Positions 11,715 through 24,719 of a DNA stretch of 64,000 bases are shown here, in pieces. The stretch is from Nemertoderma westbladi (lineage: Eukaryota; Animalia; Xenacoelomorpha). Numbering within the stretch: position 1 is the first letter of the stretch; the number at the start of each line of letters is the position of its first letter. The notes under the pieces are model-generated. The model made no database searches. It was not told where the DNA came from and saw nothing but the letters and a program-made list of their open reading frames with translations. The stretch spans positions 58,911-122,910 of the forward strand of contig JAUCBJ010007671.1 of assembly GCA_032718475.1 (NCBI GenBank). The letters run 5' to 3'. Made by a program: the position numbers and the translations under genes.

Positions 11715-13928
11715 TAGAATACTTGACCTGACCTGAAGCAAGCAGTGGTACAAGTGGACAGAGAGTTTGGAACGGATGGGAACATACAGCATGCCACGCG
11801 TGTATTTCCCGGATGGGGGCATGACGAATCTGGATCTACACATGTTCTCCGATGCGTCATTAGAGGCATATGGAGTGGCACTCTACTTAGTACAACGAGA
11901 GGGGGCTCACAAGCCGAGACTCGCATTTAGCAAAGATAAGTCGACGCCGCCAGATTCAGCATCGGTTCCGAAACTCGAGTTGACAGCTGCGAGGTTAGGA
12001 GTTAGGGCCACAGCCTACTTGATGGACGCTATCCCCAACATAGTGGAAACACATTACTGGACGGACTCCATGGTGGTGCTTGGTTGGCTACATAACGAAA
12101 GGACGAGATACCCTATATTCGTCGCAAATAGGGTGGACGAAATAAGGGCAATGACGGAATTGGAAAGGTGGCACTACTGCCCAACGGACGAGAACCCAAC
12201 GGACTTGTTATCGAGGGGCGTGGCACGCCACACTTTCCTGAAGAAGGAAGTATTGTGGCAGCACGGGCCACAATTTCTGAACGATAAGACAGCCTGGCCG
12301 CCGATGAGAAAGGTGGACCCGGGCTCAGGGGAAGTAACATTAGAGGAAGAGGGAGGAGATTCAGAGGGTGAAGAGATATATAGCCAGATGGTGAGGGAGA
12401 TAAGGGACGTGCAACCAAAACTGGAAGAACTGTGCGATAACCCGACGGACAAACTCCTTAGCTACAGCTCAAGTTGGTACAAGACCAAGAAGTTAGTGGC
12501 GTACTGGAGAGCCTTCGGGGATTTCCTCAAGGGAGTCGGCAAAGATGTAAAAATTAGAACAACCATCGATCTGGAGGGAGCGGCCAAGGCCGTCATCCGC
12601 TACGAACAGAGAAAGAATTATGGCGACGAGGTGGAACGCGTCGGTAAACAACAGCATCTCCGACGGGACAGTGAGCTGATCGCGCTGTCGCCACAACTCA
12701 ATGATGACGGGATCTTAGTAATGAACTCTAGGGTGTTGAACAACAACAGTATTATCATTCCGCCAAAGCCCATCATCATCCCTAATGGATCGCCGATAGT
12801 CCACCAGATTCTCTGGGACTCCCACAAGTCGATATTGCACGGGGGCACCAACCGGACCCTCACGGAGATACGAAGGACCTTTTGGGTCAAACAGTTGAGG
12901 AAGAAGGTAAAGGCGGTGGTGGGGCAGTGCCAGACCTGTCGACGAACGAAGAAGGAACGAGCCATACAGCAGATGGTGCCACTACCGGCCAGTAGGGTGA
13001 GACAGCACGACCCGCCATTCACGCACTGTGGTGTGGACATGTTCGGGCCGATAAAGATTAAGGTGATGTGACACATGGAGAAACGCTATGGTATTATCTT
13101 GGTATGTAACAACACGCGGGCGGTAGGGATAGAACTCGCCCAAGATGCAACCGATCGGCATTCATTAATGCCCTAGAAAGGTTCAGAGACCACAAAGGGG
13201 GACGATCGCAGTAATATACTCCGACAATGGAACCAACTTTGTGGGGGCGGAGAACGAGATGGCAGAGGCCTTGGATATCCTGGAAGGGGAGGAAGTCAGG
13301 GCAGCCATGAGAAGACGACAGGTGAAGTGGGAGAGGAGGACGCTGTATGCTCCGCATACTCTAGGATGCGTCGAGAGACTCGTGGGTAGTTCAAAGCGTC
13401 TGATGACGAAGTAACAGTACCGTCTGGTAACAGAGGACGTACTAAGGATGGTATTAGCAAAGTGTGAGGGTATCATTAATAGCAGACCGCTATACCCAGA
13501 AAATGACGACCCAGAATCACTAGATGTGCTGACACCCAGTCACTTTCTAATGGAGAGGCCGACGACCATCGACATGCGGGGTGTAGACCCAGATGACATA
13601 CACTCCTGACAGAGTTGGAAAGTTGCTAAGGCGATAAGCGCAGAGTACTGGAGGAGGTGGGTCGAGGAATACCTACCCACATTACATAGGAGGAGCAAGT
13701 GGAGAAATACCACTAGAGAGTTAAAGAAGGGTGATTTGGTGATCGTCACGGACGACACCATCTTCAACAATCAGTGGAGGCTAGCATGAATAGTAGACAC
13801 TTACTCCGACGAGGACGGAAGAGTCTGATCGGTGGAAGTACGGATAGGGGGCAAGATAGGCGCGAAAGATAGGAAGACCTACAGGAGGGCTGTAGGGAAA
13901 TGTTGCCTACTAGAAGGGGCACCATAGA
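11715..13928 (+). pseudogene. Bel/Pao element B: 5'-truncated pol (RNase H and integrase)
   Basis: LHMFSDASLEAYG, VPKLEL, YWTDS, HGG..CQTC, GVDMFGP, YSDNGTNFVGA, INSRPL, EEYLPTL; several stops and frameshifts after 13071. Confidence 0.92.
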
Positions 13929-14221
13929 GTTTAGTCGTCCAAGAGTTGGACTGAGGGGGGTGGGATTGAGGGCGAGACGCCCTTCCCACAAAAAATATAA
14001 AAAATAATAAAAATAATAAAATAAATAAAATAATAGAAAGAAAGTTAGAGAGGAGAAAGTCAGAAAGTGATAGTAGTAGATAGATAGTATGTAGTACTAA
14101 GTAGTAGAAAGAAAGTAAGCAGAAGTTAGTTGTAGTTAGAAAGTTAGTAGTAGTTGGAAAGCTAGCAGAAGTTAGTTGTAGTTAGAAAGTTAGTAATAGT
14201 TAGAAAGTTGATAGAAGCTAG

Positions 14222-14462
14222 GAGGGTACATAGTACCGTGAGAGTTAGAAGTTAGAGATCAGGGAGTGTGGTATAGAGACATACCACGGGAGTAAGAGTG
14301 TACATAGTACCGGGAGAGGTAGAAGTTAGAGATCAGGGAGTGTGGTATAGAGACATGCCACGGGAGTAAGAGGGTACATAGTACCGCGAGAGTTAGAAGT
14401 TAGGAATAGGGAGTGTGGTATAGAGACATACCACGAGAGTAGTAGGAGGGTACATAGTACCG
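14222..14462 (+). repeat. ~74-bp tandem repeat (3 copies plus a partial) in the 3' UTR of element B
   Basis: Units start at 14222, 14296, 14370 and 14446 (GAGGGTACATAGTACC...GTGGTATAGAGACATACCAC). Confidence 0.9.
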
Positions 14463-15343
14463 TTAGAGAGTTAGTAGAGTTGGAGACTTAGTAGAGTTAG
14501 AGAGTTAATAGAGTTAGTAGTAAGAGAGTTACATGGTAAGTAGTAAGTAAGAAGTAAGTAGAGAGGTAGGTACAAAATGATAGCACAGAATAGGGGCAAA
14601 TGCGGACAAAACAAAAAAAATCAAAATTAAAAATTAAGAATATCAGGACCACCCCCGAACTACAGAAGAGCCTTCAAGGCCGCCTTCGGAGGTCTGGTAG
14701 ACCACCCAGGGCTGAAGGACGAGTCGGTGTACTACAACAACCGGCATCTAGTAGACAGGGAGGTGGATACACCATATCAGAGGTGGGAGAAGTTGGAAGT
14801 TGTACCGTAGTCAAGCACAACCCTTTTCCAATTAGCAACTGGGACTGGGGATTAATTGACTAGGGCAACAGGACGGGACTTAGACGGCTCCCACTAACAT
14901 GATGCACACATGTGTGGGCCCAATAAGTGTGTAAGGGATGAAAGTGAGAATGAGAATCGGGGGGGGGGGGGGAAGAATGGAGAGGAGGTTTGACAGGATA
15001 AGGGAAAGTGAGACGAGTGCGATTTGGGTGTGGGGAGTGAGTAAGATAGAGTAGAGTGGAGTTGAAGTGGAGCTGAAGTGATCTTAGAGTGAGCGGAGTT
15101 TTTAAAATTGTGTGAGGAGTCCACAATTGTCTCAAACAGAGACGTCAGATGTCTTGGTGCAACATAGGTTGCAGTTGCACCAAGAGAGGGTAGTAACTTC
15201 ATGCCCAGAGGGAGCGGCCTGGAAAACCGACTCCAAGTAAGAGAACTCCACCCCACACCCGATAATAGATCGGTTTCCAGCGGAATTGAAGCGCACTCGA
15301 AGGTGATGCTATCTTCTCACCGGGAAGATAGCATGGGGGGGAG

Positions 15344-15925
15344 TGTGAGCGGATTCAATTCCACCTCACTATCCCCATAAAGTTGGGAAGTGGCGCATTT
15401 TCAGCAATATTGGGGATACGAGGTTAATCACAATTAATCTCGTATCACGCCCAATAACGGGGACAACATACGGCCCCGAAGGCCACACACAATAGAGGTT
15501 AGAGGTCAAACTACCTCGAGAGGGGAAGTAACAGCAGCGGGGGGTCAGCACTCCCACAGAGGTGGGAGCCGAGAATTAGAATATTAGCCAATGGGGGCGA
15601 GGAGAGCATCCGCTAGATAGTAAGGCCAAAGTACTGTAGGAGTGACCAATATATTATATTGCATAATACCGGTCAGTTCAGTCATTCCAGTCATCCAGTG
15701 CAGATCGGTGACATTTTCGTACCGTCACCATCATTACCGGTACAACAATTATATATTAGACTATCAACCAATTGTGCTATACCATCAACTGTGCTATTAT
15801 ATCTTATATCAGTATATCAACTAGTCTATATCAATATCAGAATAACAACAAACTATTATCTTCTTCTCAATTACACGGTGACGCGTAATGCAATAAACCG
15901 GTCGGGATCCCCTGATCCCGTCACA
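15344..15925 (+). mobile_element. 3' LTR of Bel/Pao element B
   Basis: Polypurine tract GGGGGGGAG directly upstream; termini TGTGAGCGGA...TCCCGTCACA; AATAAA at 15892; homologous copy at 27937-28212. Confidence 0.85.
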
Positions 15926-16465
15926 AAAAAAAAAACGTTACAACTTCTGAAAATATAGCATCATAACAAAGGAGTAGCATTTTAAGTCAAAAATGAAAAT
16001 TTTGGTTCTGGCCACTAAGGGGGACAATAATTTTTTGTGTTGAAAATATTACAATTGAATATATTCCACCCAAAATGTATCTTACACGTTTCTATTATTC
16101 GATTTTATTATCTATTCGCTCTTTGAGCAGTACTTCCAACCCCCCCCCCCCCCCCCCCCCTCCCTAATAAGAGCCGTTTCAATATTGTAAGGATAATACC
16201 TTGATGAAAAATATTATTAAACAACATAACAATACAATATATATATATATATTATATTAATTCGCTCTAGGCGACAAAATTAAAATGTTATAAATAAAAA
16301 TGCATCCAATGCACATAGTAAAATGTTTGTAGACATAAAGTTAGGTATTTAAAAGTTTAAAACTGTAATCCAAATCCAGTGTCAAGTATTTATACAATAT
16401 TAACTAAGGATACGATCGTGCTCGGTTTAGGAATTGTTAAAATCAATTAAATTGCAAATATATAG

Positions 16466-17527
16466 TTACACATTAAAATACTCCAACACCCTGTTATGTT
16501 TAGATGTAAAACTCATGCCGGGTGTGTTATATGTTGAGGTAATAAATGAAACGTTTAGCATCTCAGCCAGAGTTAGTCCCCCCAAAGAAATCCGAGATTG
16601 TATTGAGTTTTTACAGTAGCGTGAGCTCAACAAAGAATTGATTGATGGTAATGGATACTCCTCAGATACCCTGTTGAATATACTGCCGAGTCCTTGGTAT
16701 CCATGGCGTGAGACACCATTGACATTCTCATCTAAAAGTATCTTAAGAAGATAATGCAATCGAATATTTGGACAGGAATTAATTCGAAATATAATACTCA
16801 GAATCTCGCGATAGACACTCATTGATATCGGCAATATAGATAGCAAACTATAACATTCAGTATTAGAGGCATATCGACCCAAATGTAATATACCTCTTAC
16901 AACTTTGCGATAGGAGATATCTACTTGCTCCAATTGATATCTCGTAATAATACCCAAGTAAAATCGAATCGCGTACATAATTGTAGGTATTGCATAGCCT
17001 TCCCAAAGCTTAGTTATAGTTTCGGTTGTATACCATCTTGTAGTCCATCCTTTGCGATGAAATGTATCTGATATACCATATATTAATTTATTAATTTCTT
17101 TAATAATGTCCTTCCTGTCATTAAATAACTTAACTCCCAAAAAGCTAATAGATATACTGGGTTCAAGGTACTTCCCATTTAGATAGAGTCCTCTTGTACA
17201 TTTCTCCTTACTATTTTGACTAAAGCACATCCATTTCGTCTTTGTATGTTCTATTTTTAGACCCAACTGTCTTACTCCATCCCCAAATATTTTAGATAGT
17301 GTCTCAACTTTATTTACACTTGTGCACAGAATGAGGAAATCGTCGGCATAGCAGATGGCACCTAACCATTGTCCTTCAATTTCACATCCAATACCAGAAC
17401 CTTCCATACTGAAAATAATATCGGATGTATACAGATTAAAAAGCATTGGAGACAATCTCGAGCCTTGTTTTAAACCATTTGACACATGGAAACCATTTAT
17501 ATCCAGAAAGTTACCAAAAATATACAA
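16466..17527 (-). pseudogene. 5'-truncated LINE reverse transcriptase
   Basis: GLKQGSRLSPMLFNLY, AICYADD, KTKWM, FLGV motifs. Confidence 0.88.
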
Positions 17528-17688
17528 AACATTTCAGTATTACTATAATAGCTCATTAGCAACCTCAATATATATGGATCCATAATCTCCACTTTTCTTA
17601 TCGGGCATTGGCGCAGTGCTATAATGAGACTGACTGAATTCCGTCACACTCTGTTAACATTTAATTTAATTTTATTGATATCTATAAA

Positions 17689-18363
17689 ATGGCGCAGGAG
17701 TTTCTAGCTGCCAAGGATGAAGTCGTCAGTATATTCAAATCGAAAAGTATCAATGCGGACCAACGGCGAGTACTCAATGATAATTTAATGATCATGATGT
17801 CAATCTACCCTGATCTACAAGGTAAACTAGCTGACACCCAGCGCGAGACAATAAACGCAAAGGACAAATTACTTTGGGTTAAGTCGATACCAACGCGTAC
17901 TATTTCCTATCCTACCGCCACTTCAAACCTACCAATTGCAAACAGCAATGTACCGACTCCATCGCTGTCGACAGATACCACAGGGACCAACAGCTCTGCT
18001 ACTGCTCGCACCGGTCAGCCGGCGGTGTCCGGTCGGCCAGTTCTACAGCCTGCTGGCCCGGACTCTCGCCGTACCCATCCCACAATGATTCGAGGAAGCA
18101 AAGTGGGCGGGACGCTGAAAGTTGCTGCATATACTGCAGTGAGAAAAGCACACATCCACATTGGACGCCTCGACCCCTCAGTTAAATCGGATGATGTTGC
18201 AAACTGCTTAAAAAGTGAGAACATCGCCTTCGAAGAAGTGATACCAGTTCCCCCTCGTCCAGACTCACCGTTTGTTAGTTTCCACGTTGTCTGCAACCAA
18301 GAACAGCGTGATTCAATTATGAATCCAACAATTTGGGAAACGGGTATCAGCATTAGAAACTGA
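17689..18363 (+). CDS. LINE ORF1 (helical N-terminus plus RRM-like C-terminus)
   Basis: IHIGRLDPSVKSDDVANCL...FVSFHV...IWETGISIR is typical of RRM-type ORF1p; lies upstream of the APE domain. Confidence 0.75.
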   Translation: MAQEFLAAKDEVVSIFKSKSINADQRRVLNDNLMIMMSIYPDLQGKLADTQRETINAKDKLLWVKSIPTRTISYPTATSNLPIANSNVPTPSLSTDTTGTNSSATARTGQPAVSGRPVLQPAGPDSRRTHPTMIRGSKVGGTLKVAAYTAVRKAHIHIGRLDPSVKSDDVANCLKSENIAFEEVIPVPPRPDSPFVSFHVVCNQEQRDSIMNPTIWETGISIRN

Positions 18364-18569
18364 ACGACGAAGAGAGGGTGCCCTTTGGTGGGCGGCCTGT
18401 ATCCGTAGACAACAGCACACTGTCGTCCCCTTTGGGTTCAACTACAGGGGTGATTTCTTCCCCCTCCAATTAGGAGAATATGAAACTGACTCATTGTGTT
18501 TGGGACTGTCATCCACAAAGGGGCTGCCAACCATCCCGAGTCTGTCGACCTCCATGGGTCTGTGGACCC

Positions 18570-18962
18570 CCCCGGGTCCGGCGACCTCCCCGGGTCTGGC
18601 GACCTCCCCAGGTCCGGCGACCTCCCCGGGTCCGGCAACTTCCCCAGGTCCGGCGACCTCCCCGAGTCCAGCGACCTCCGCGGGTCCAGCGACCTCCCCG
18701 GGTCCAGCGACCTCCCCGGGTCCGGCGACCTCCCTGGGTCTGGCATCCTCCCCGGGTCCGGCGACCTCCCCGGGTCCGGCGACCTCCCCGGGTCCGGCGA
18801 CCTCCCCGGGTCCGGCGACCTCCCCAGGTCCAGTGACCTCCCCGAGTATGTCGACCTCCATGGGTCCGTGGACCCCCCCAGGTCCGGCGACCTCCCCGGG
18901 TCGGCGACCTCCCCGGGTCGGCGACCTCCCCGGGTCCGGCGACCTCCCCGGGTCCGGCGACC
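18570..18962 (+). repeat. 18-bp GC-rich minisatellite, copy 1 (GGGTCCGGCGACCTCCCC)
   Basis: About 20 units just upstream of the APE domain; the unit has no stop codon in any frame. Confidence 0.95.
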
Positions 18963-20191
18963 CTCAAACTTTCATAATTCTCACTGTTATTATGGAATGT
19001 AGAAGGGCTACGTTCCGTGATAAACCTATCCCATAGGAACTCATTCTTTAATTCCGACATTCTACTCATGACCGAAACAATGCTCTTGGAGCCCCTGTCT
19101 ATCCCAGATATGTACACCTATGACTCATTGGCCGTAAAACATGAACGTGGCCGCCCCAGTGGAGGAATAACAGTGGCAATAAAACCCTTCCTCAACCCCA
19201 AGCAAATCATCTCTAGCAAGTCATATATGTCTTACTATCAACCAAAGCTGGCATATTTGGCTGTTGTTACATACCTCCGACTATACCGCTGATAGACTTT
19301 ATTGAGCTGATCTCAGAACTGCTTGGTAATATTCCACAACATTATACTGGTAATATTTTCATTTGGGGAGATTTTAACGCGAGACTTGACAGAGGTATCG
19401 AAAACAATAATAAAGCTACTGCACTGCTTGAATTAATGGAAGACTCAGGATTATCCCTCGAGACAGACACCAATGAGCCAACTTATATCTGCCATAATGG
19501 GAGCAGCACAATCGACGCAATTTTCTCAAATAAAACGCTGTATTCTGTATGCTATCAACCCAGTTGTATCCGTTAACACGTTCGGATTATCTGTGTATGG
19601 GAGAGCGATCTAATCCGCCCCCTTGCCCATTCCGGAAAAGTGGATCCTGCCAGGAAAAGAACTCTAGACCCAGCTGAACTCGAATCGGGCGATCGTCTAA
19701 TTGAAGCAGACAACTATCTCCAACAAGGTGATATCGGCCGAGCTTACGACAAACTAACTCTGGCCATGCGCGAAGCCGCACCGTTGATTCAAATTAGGGA
19801 CCGAACGGCAAAACCATGGTTCCATTCCCAATGTTATTTGAAATGCAAAGAAGTCATTTCGTTAAACTTACGCGCAAAGACGAATATGATTCTTCGAGAG
19901 TCCCTCTGCCATGCCAAAAGAGAGTACAAACAACTACTGAACATGAAACGAAATGAATATTTACGTATCAAGGAGATAAAGCTGCTAGCAGATGCAGAAA
20001 ACAAACCTCATTGCTGGATCAAACAGAAACATACACCTACTAGTTGTCCGGTCCCCCTGGAGACATGGGAAAATCACTTTGAAAAAATATTATCCGCGAA
20101 CCCTAACCACGAGATCGATGCAAGTACCAATCTAGTTGACGGGTCACAATCCGGGACTGCTAACAACCTTACAAATACTATTACCATCCCC

Positions 20192-20418
20192 TGGTCCGGC
20201 GACCTGCCCAGGTCCGGCGACCTCCCCTTGTCTGGACAGCTCCCCGGGTCCGGCGACCTCCCCGGGTCCGGTGACCTCCCCGGGTCCGGCGACCTCCCCA
20301 GGTCCGGCAACCTTCCCGGGTACGGCGACCTTCCTGGGTCCGGCGAACTACCCGGGTCCGGCAACCTCCCCGGGTCCGGCGACCTCCCCGGGTCCCGCGA
20401 CCTCCCTGGGTCCAGCAA
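20192..20418 (+). repeat. Same 18-bp minisatellite, copy 2, in frame in ORF2 as (GSGDLP)n
   Basis: About 12 units inside ORF 19640..20476, between EN and RT. Confidence 0.95.
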
Positions 20419-23400
20419 CATTCCGTTGTTCACACCCGAGGAAATAGAGTCAGTGATTAAAGGAAAGAAACCGTGAAAATCTGGCGGACCAGATAGAGTT
20501 CCCTATGAACTATTTAAAGCGATCCCAGCCGCAGTCATTCTCCTCTGGACCACTCTATTTAATATTTGCCTGTCCACTGGAAACCTGATTAATTGTTGGA
20601 AGTTAAGTATTATGATGGTATTATACAAAGGCAAAGACACCCGTTTGGACCCTAACTCATATAGGGGAATCTCCTTGCTATGCAACGCATTCAAAATACT
20701 AACTAGTTTAATTGAAAAGCGCCTACGTCCCCTGGTATCACACCGTATTCCTCCCGAGCAATTTGGCTTCATGCCGGGGAAGTCCACGTCGATACTGATT
20801 GCCCAGCTTATAAACCGCATATACCAAAATCTCCACACACCTAAGAAGCCACTCTACGCTGTCTATGTAGACTTTAAGAAAGCGGTTGACTCTGTACCTC
20901 GCTTTAGGCTACTGTTCAAGCTCCAAAATTCCTTTCATATTAGCGGTAACCTGTATAAAATTATCGAATCTATATTAAGCGTAAACTACATCCAATTATT
21001 TGATGGAATCCGAAAATCAAAAATAGTACAGCAGACACGAGGAGTGCTTCAAAGGGACAGCCTCAGCCCCCTGCTCTTCATTTTATTTATTTACAATATT
21101 GTCGATTTTATAAAGCGCGCAGTCTTCCGTATTGGCGAACTCATAGTATTACTATTCGCGGATGACCTCCTATTTTACGGCGACTCCCGTGAATCCATCC
21201 AGGCTGGGCTCAACGCAGTGGCCGAATGGTCTGCAGAAAATGGTCTAGATGTCAACCTGTCCAAAACCAAAGTGATGAAGTTTCGACGTGGAGGGCGACT
21301 TAGCAAAGAAGATAAATTTACATTTAATGGACAACCACTGGAATTAGTAAACTCATATAAATATCTTGGGGTAACTCTTCAAACAAAGTTATCTTTTACA
21401 AAGCACATCACCTGTATAACATGTAATCAGTAATCCAATCAATCAACAAACCGTATCTCCTTTCTCTATCCTGTGCAATAAAACTGTTTAAATTGAAAAT
21501 TGTTCCCGTAATTTTATACAGCTTACGTGAAATTTGGCCTTTCATAACTGCAACTAACTTGGAATTTATAGATAAAATCAAATCAACCTATCTTAAGAAA
21601 GTTCTAGGTCTCCATAAGTCCACAAGGAACCGGCTAGTGCTCGCATTATGCAACAAACGCACCCTCATTTGCGATATCGTTTCACAGCTTCATCTCACTG
21701 CCACCCCCGAGTTCATTCTATATACTAATAGAGTCGATATTAAGCATCAAGAATTTCCCCCCACGTTTTGGTCTTGCATTGGGTTTAGCAACCGAAACTG
21801 GTGCAACTCCAACAACCCGAATCGACACGTTACAACTAGATACAGTGTTCATGGTTTTCACCACCGGATCTGTCAGAACAAGCAATTCCACCAAGCAAAC
21901 TTATCCTGTATCTGTACACTGTGCGGCCAAGAGGCCTCCCTGTACCATTTATTACGTTGCCCGGGCAACCAGCACTCACTTACTAAGTGGGCTACCTTAG
22001 AATGACCAGCTGATTATTGCAAGGCGAGGTGGTATCCACACTATTTTTTATTTTACCGTTTTAACTCTTTAAATCTACATATTTTATACGTCAGTATGGA
22101 TTTTACTTATCGTGCTTATAATTAAATTATTAATTTTAATGTTTTACTGTATATATATATATATATATTAATATATGGTGTAAAATGACATTCTAGAATT
22201 CCATGTATTGATGTAGGCCTTCCAGAAAGTTGGAAATGTTTGGAAAGCCCCGCCTATAGCATTGTTAAATAATATTAATAAAGGTTCTGATATTTCACAA
22301 AAATCGCGACGTTTGCGAAATTTCGCGTTTTTCACAATCTTCGTAAAAATTTTGAAGATATTCTAGAACATATTGGCGATTTATTTAAAAATATTTTTTT
22401 CTCTAGAACTAATATATTTTGTTCTACAACATAAATATTTTAATATAAAACTATAATATTTGTTATTAATCGGTTTTCTTTCATAAAAAAATATATTCTT
22501 GAACATTCGCAAAGATCGGAACGTTAGCGAAGCTCCACCTATAGTATTGTTAAACACAAAATATCGCAAAGATCGCGACATTTGCGAAATTTCGCAATCT
22601 TCGCAAAAATCGCGACGTTTGCGAAGATCGCGAAAATCGCGAAGAATTGTTCAAAATCGTTGCCCTAATGTAACTGATCTGGACTTTGATGAAGACTTAT
22701 TAGTACTCTCAGAATCACTAGAGGGAGTCCAACGGCTCCTCAGCTCATTAGAATCACTAGAATCACTTTATTAACTTCGCTGGCGCTCGGGAAATAAAAT
22801 AACTCGAGTATAGTGGAAAAGTTGTAACTTTTATTTTCCTAAGTACTAAATACTTAATTATACTAATAAAATGTATTTAATGTGAACAATACCGTCTGTG
22901 GGTAATGGATACATGACTTGTCCCCCAAAAATACTATTCAATTAATTCAGCAAATTTAGTTATATATCCAATTTGAAGTTTTTGGAATATGTTACCCCTA
23001 GCGGCCAATATAGGAAAATATGAAATTTTAGAAAGTAAACCATTTAAATAAGTTTGATATAAATTTTTAGTAACAAATTCGGGTGATTTTTGATGATCGA
23101 ATCTTACGGCGATTGGATGAATTAAGCCTAGAGCTATACCACACACATGACACAGTAATGTTTTACCTTGGAGTTTGGGTGTTATTATTCCCTTGGGCAA
23201 AATAACACCTATGCAATTAATGAATTAAAGTGAAACACACCGAAAATTTTCCAATTCCCTTGGGAAAAATAAATATAAACACCCCCAAAACTTTCCAAGC
23301 CCCATTTTGTTAACTCTTCCCTCTAACAATGCCCTTTTAGAATCTGTAAATAGTTGTTAAGGGACAAAAATAATCGAAATGCATACCATAATAAATGAGT

Positions 23401-23484
23401 AACAACTTACTTATTCCCCAGAAGTTAGTTATTTTCCCAGTTATTTAACCCGCGGGCAGGAAACAACAAGTTCCTGCTCAAATT

Positions 23485-23716
23485 TCTACCTTGGTGTAGT
23501 GGTTGTATTGAATTCACATTTCTGTGTGTGTGATGGGTTCGATCCTCGCATTGGCACAAATGCTTTGAATGGACCAGCCAGGGCATCTCTGCCTTGAATC
23601 CTTGAGTACTGGAGTTTTCTGGAGTATAGTTCTGGGGTGACCGCACTTGAAATAAGTTGTCAGCCTTTATACGTAATCCCTAGCCTAATGGCCCAATAAA
23701 AAAATTTACTTTACTT
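23485..23716 (+). mobile_element. tRNA-derived SINE
   Basis: A-box-like TGGTGTAGTGG (23492), B-box GGTTCGATCC (23538), 3' CACTTGAAATAAG...AATAAA-(TTTAC)n tail. Confidence 0.65.
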
Positions 23717-23869
23717 AAGTTTAAACTGTGTTTACAGACTCGCTACTAACTATACTCGATTACCAACTCGCTCCTGTAATGTGTTACCTGGGATCATGAA
23801 CTGGAAGTCAGGCTGTGCCTTATGATACAAAAAAGGCAAAGGTAAAGGTAAAGGTAAAGGCAAGAGCAG

Positions 23870-24440
23870 CATTCAATGGGCTTTACAGGATTTAGAAGTC
23901 ACACAGAATACATCCGAAACTGAAGGTTATTTAGAGAAGCACTAGTACCAGCACCAAATCTCTGGATGGCACATACACAAGAAAGCTATGTCGGGTTTAC
24001 TGTGTCAAGTACAGATGCGCACAACTTCCAACCAGTCTCCAACCAGACACTATTTAACATTGGAGGTGTCTCCTTGGTTCCCCCAAGCTTGACACTGGAA
24101 CAATTCCTCTGGATGGCACATACACAAGAAAGCTATGTCGGGTTTACTGTGTCAAGTACAATGCACACAACTTCCAACCAGTCTCCAACCAGACACTATT
24201 TAACATTGGAGGTGTCTCCTTGGTTCCCCCAAGCTTGACACTGGAACAATTCCACCTTTGATTTGCAAGACATTGCTTTCGCTATAAGGATCAGCCAGTG
24301 CACAATCTTGAGCTTTGGCAGCCCCCTAGAAATTCAGCTTGGTGGACAGCCCAAGACTTTCTTGAGACACCTTTTAATGTAGACTGGCCTTGAAGATGAT
24401 GATATGTTAAGATGAGGATGAGATGTTGGAGATGGAGAGA
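23870..24440 (+). mobile_element. RTE LINE 3' fragment with internal ~147-bp tandem duplication
   Basis: Clearly homologous to the - strand fragment at 34746-35270 (NIGGVSLVPPSLTLEQ, LWQP); duplicated block starts at ~23959 and ~24106. Confidence 0.8.
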
Positions 24441-24719
24441 ATTGCGCCAGTGTAGTTTTTTCTTCAATCATATAGTGAGTTTGGTACCAAAGGAAAGCTG
24501 GCACGGACGAGGATTCTAAATTTTGGAAATAGCTAAGATTTGGGCTTTTAAGGCCAAATTAAGCGTTTAAGCGTATGGTTTTTAATCCATTGGATTAATT
24601 CGGCTATATGGCAATAATTCTTGGCAGTTGGTAATAGATTTACAATTTACTTTATATATAACCTAATCACTACTATATTACAGGTATAGTTACATTAATA
24701 TTACATTAATAGTACAGGT

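Larger units (their letters stand above)
17611..22170 (+). mobile_element. Near full-length APE-type LINE (ORF1 plus EN-RT-CCHC ORF2), decayed
   Basis: ORF1 17689..18363; APE motifs WNVEG, LMTET, GRPSGGI, WGDFNAR, SSTIDA; RT motifs NSYRGISLL, QFGF, YVDFKKA, LLFADD, YKYLGV; C-terminal CTLCGQEASLYHLLRC; (TA)n tail. Confidence 0.9.

Noticed and set aside
18438-19117. Six overlapping collagen-like or Arg/Pro-rich ORFs
   Set aside because: They result from a stop-free 18-bp minisatellite.
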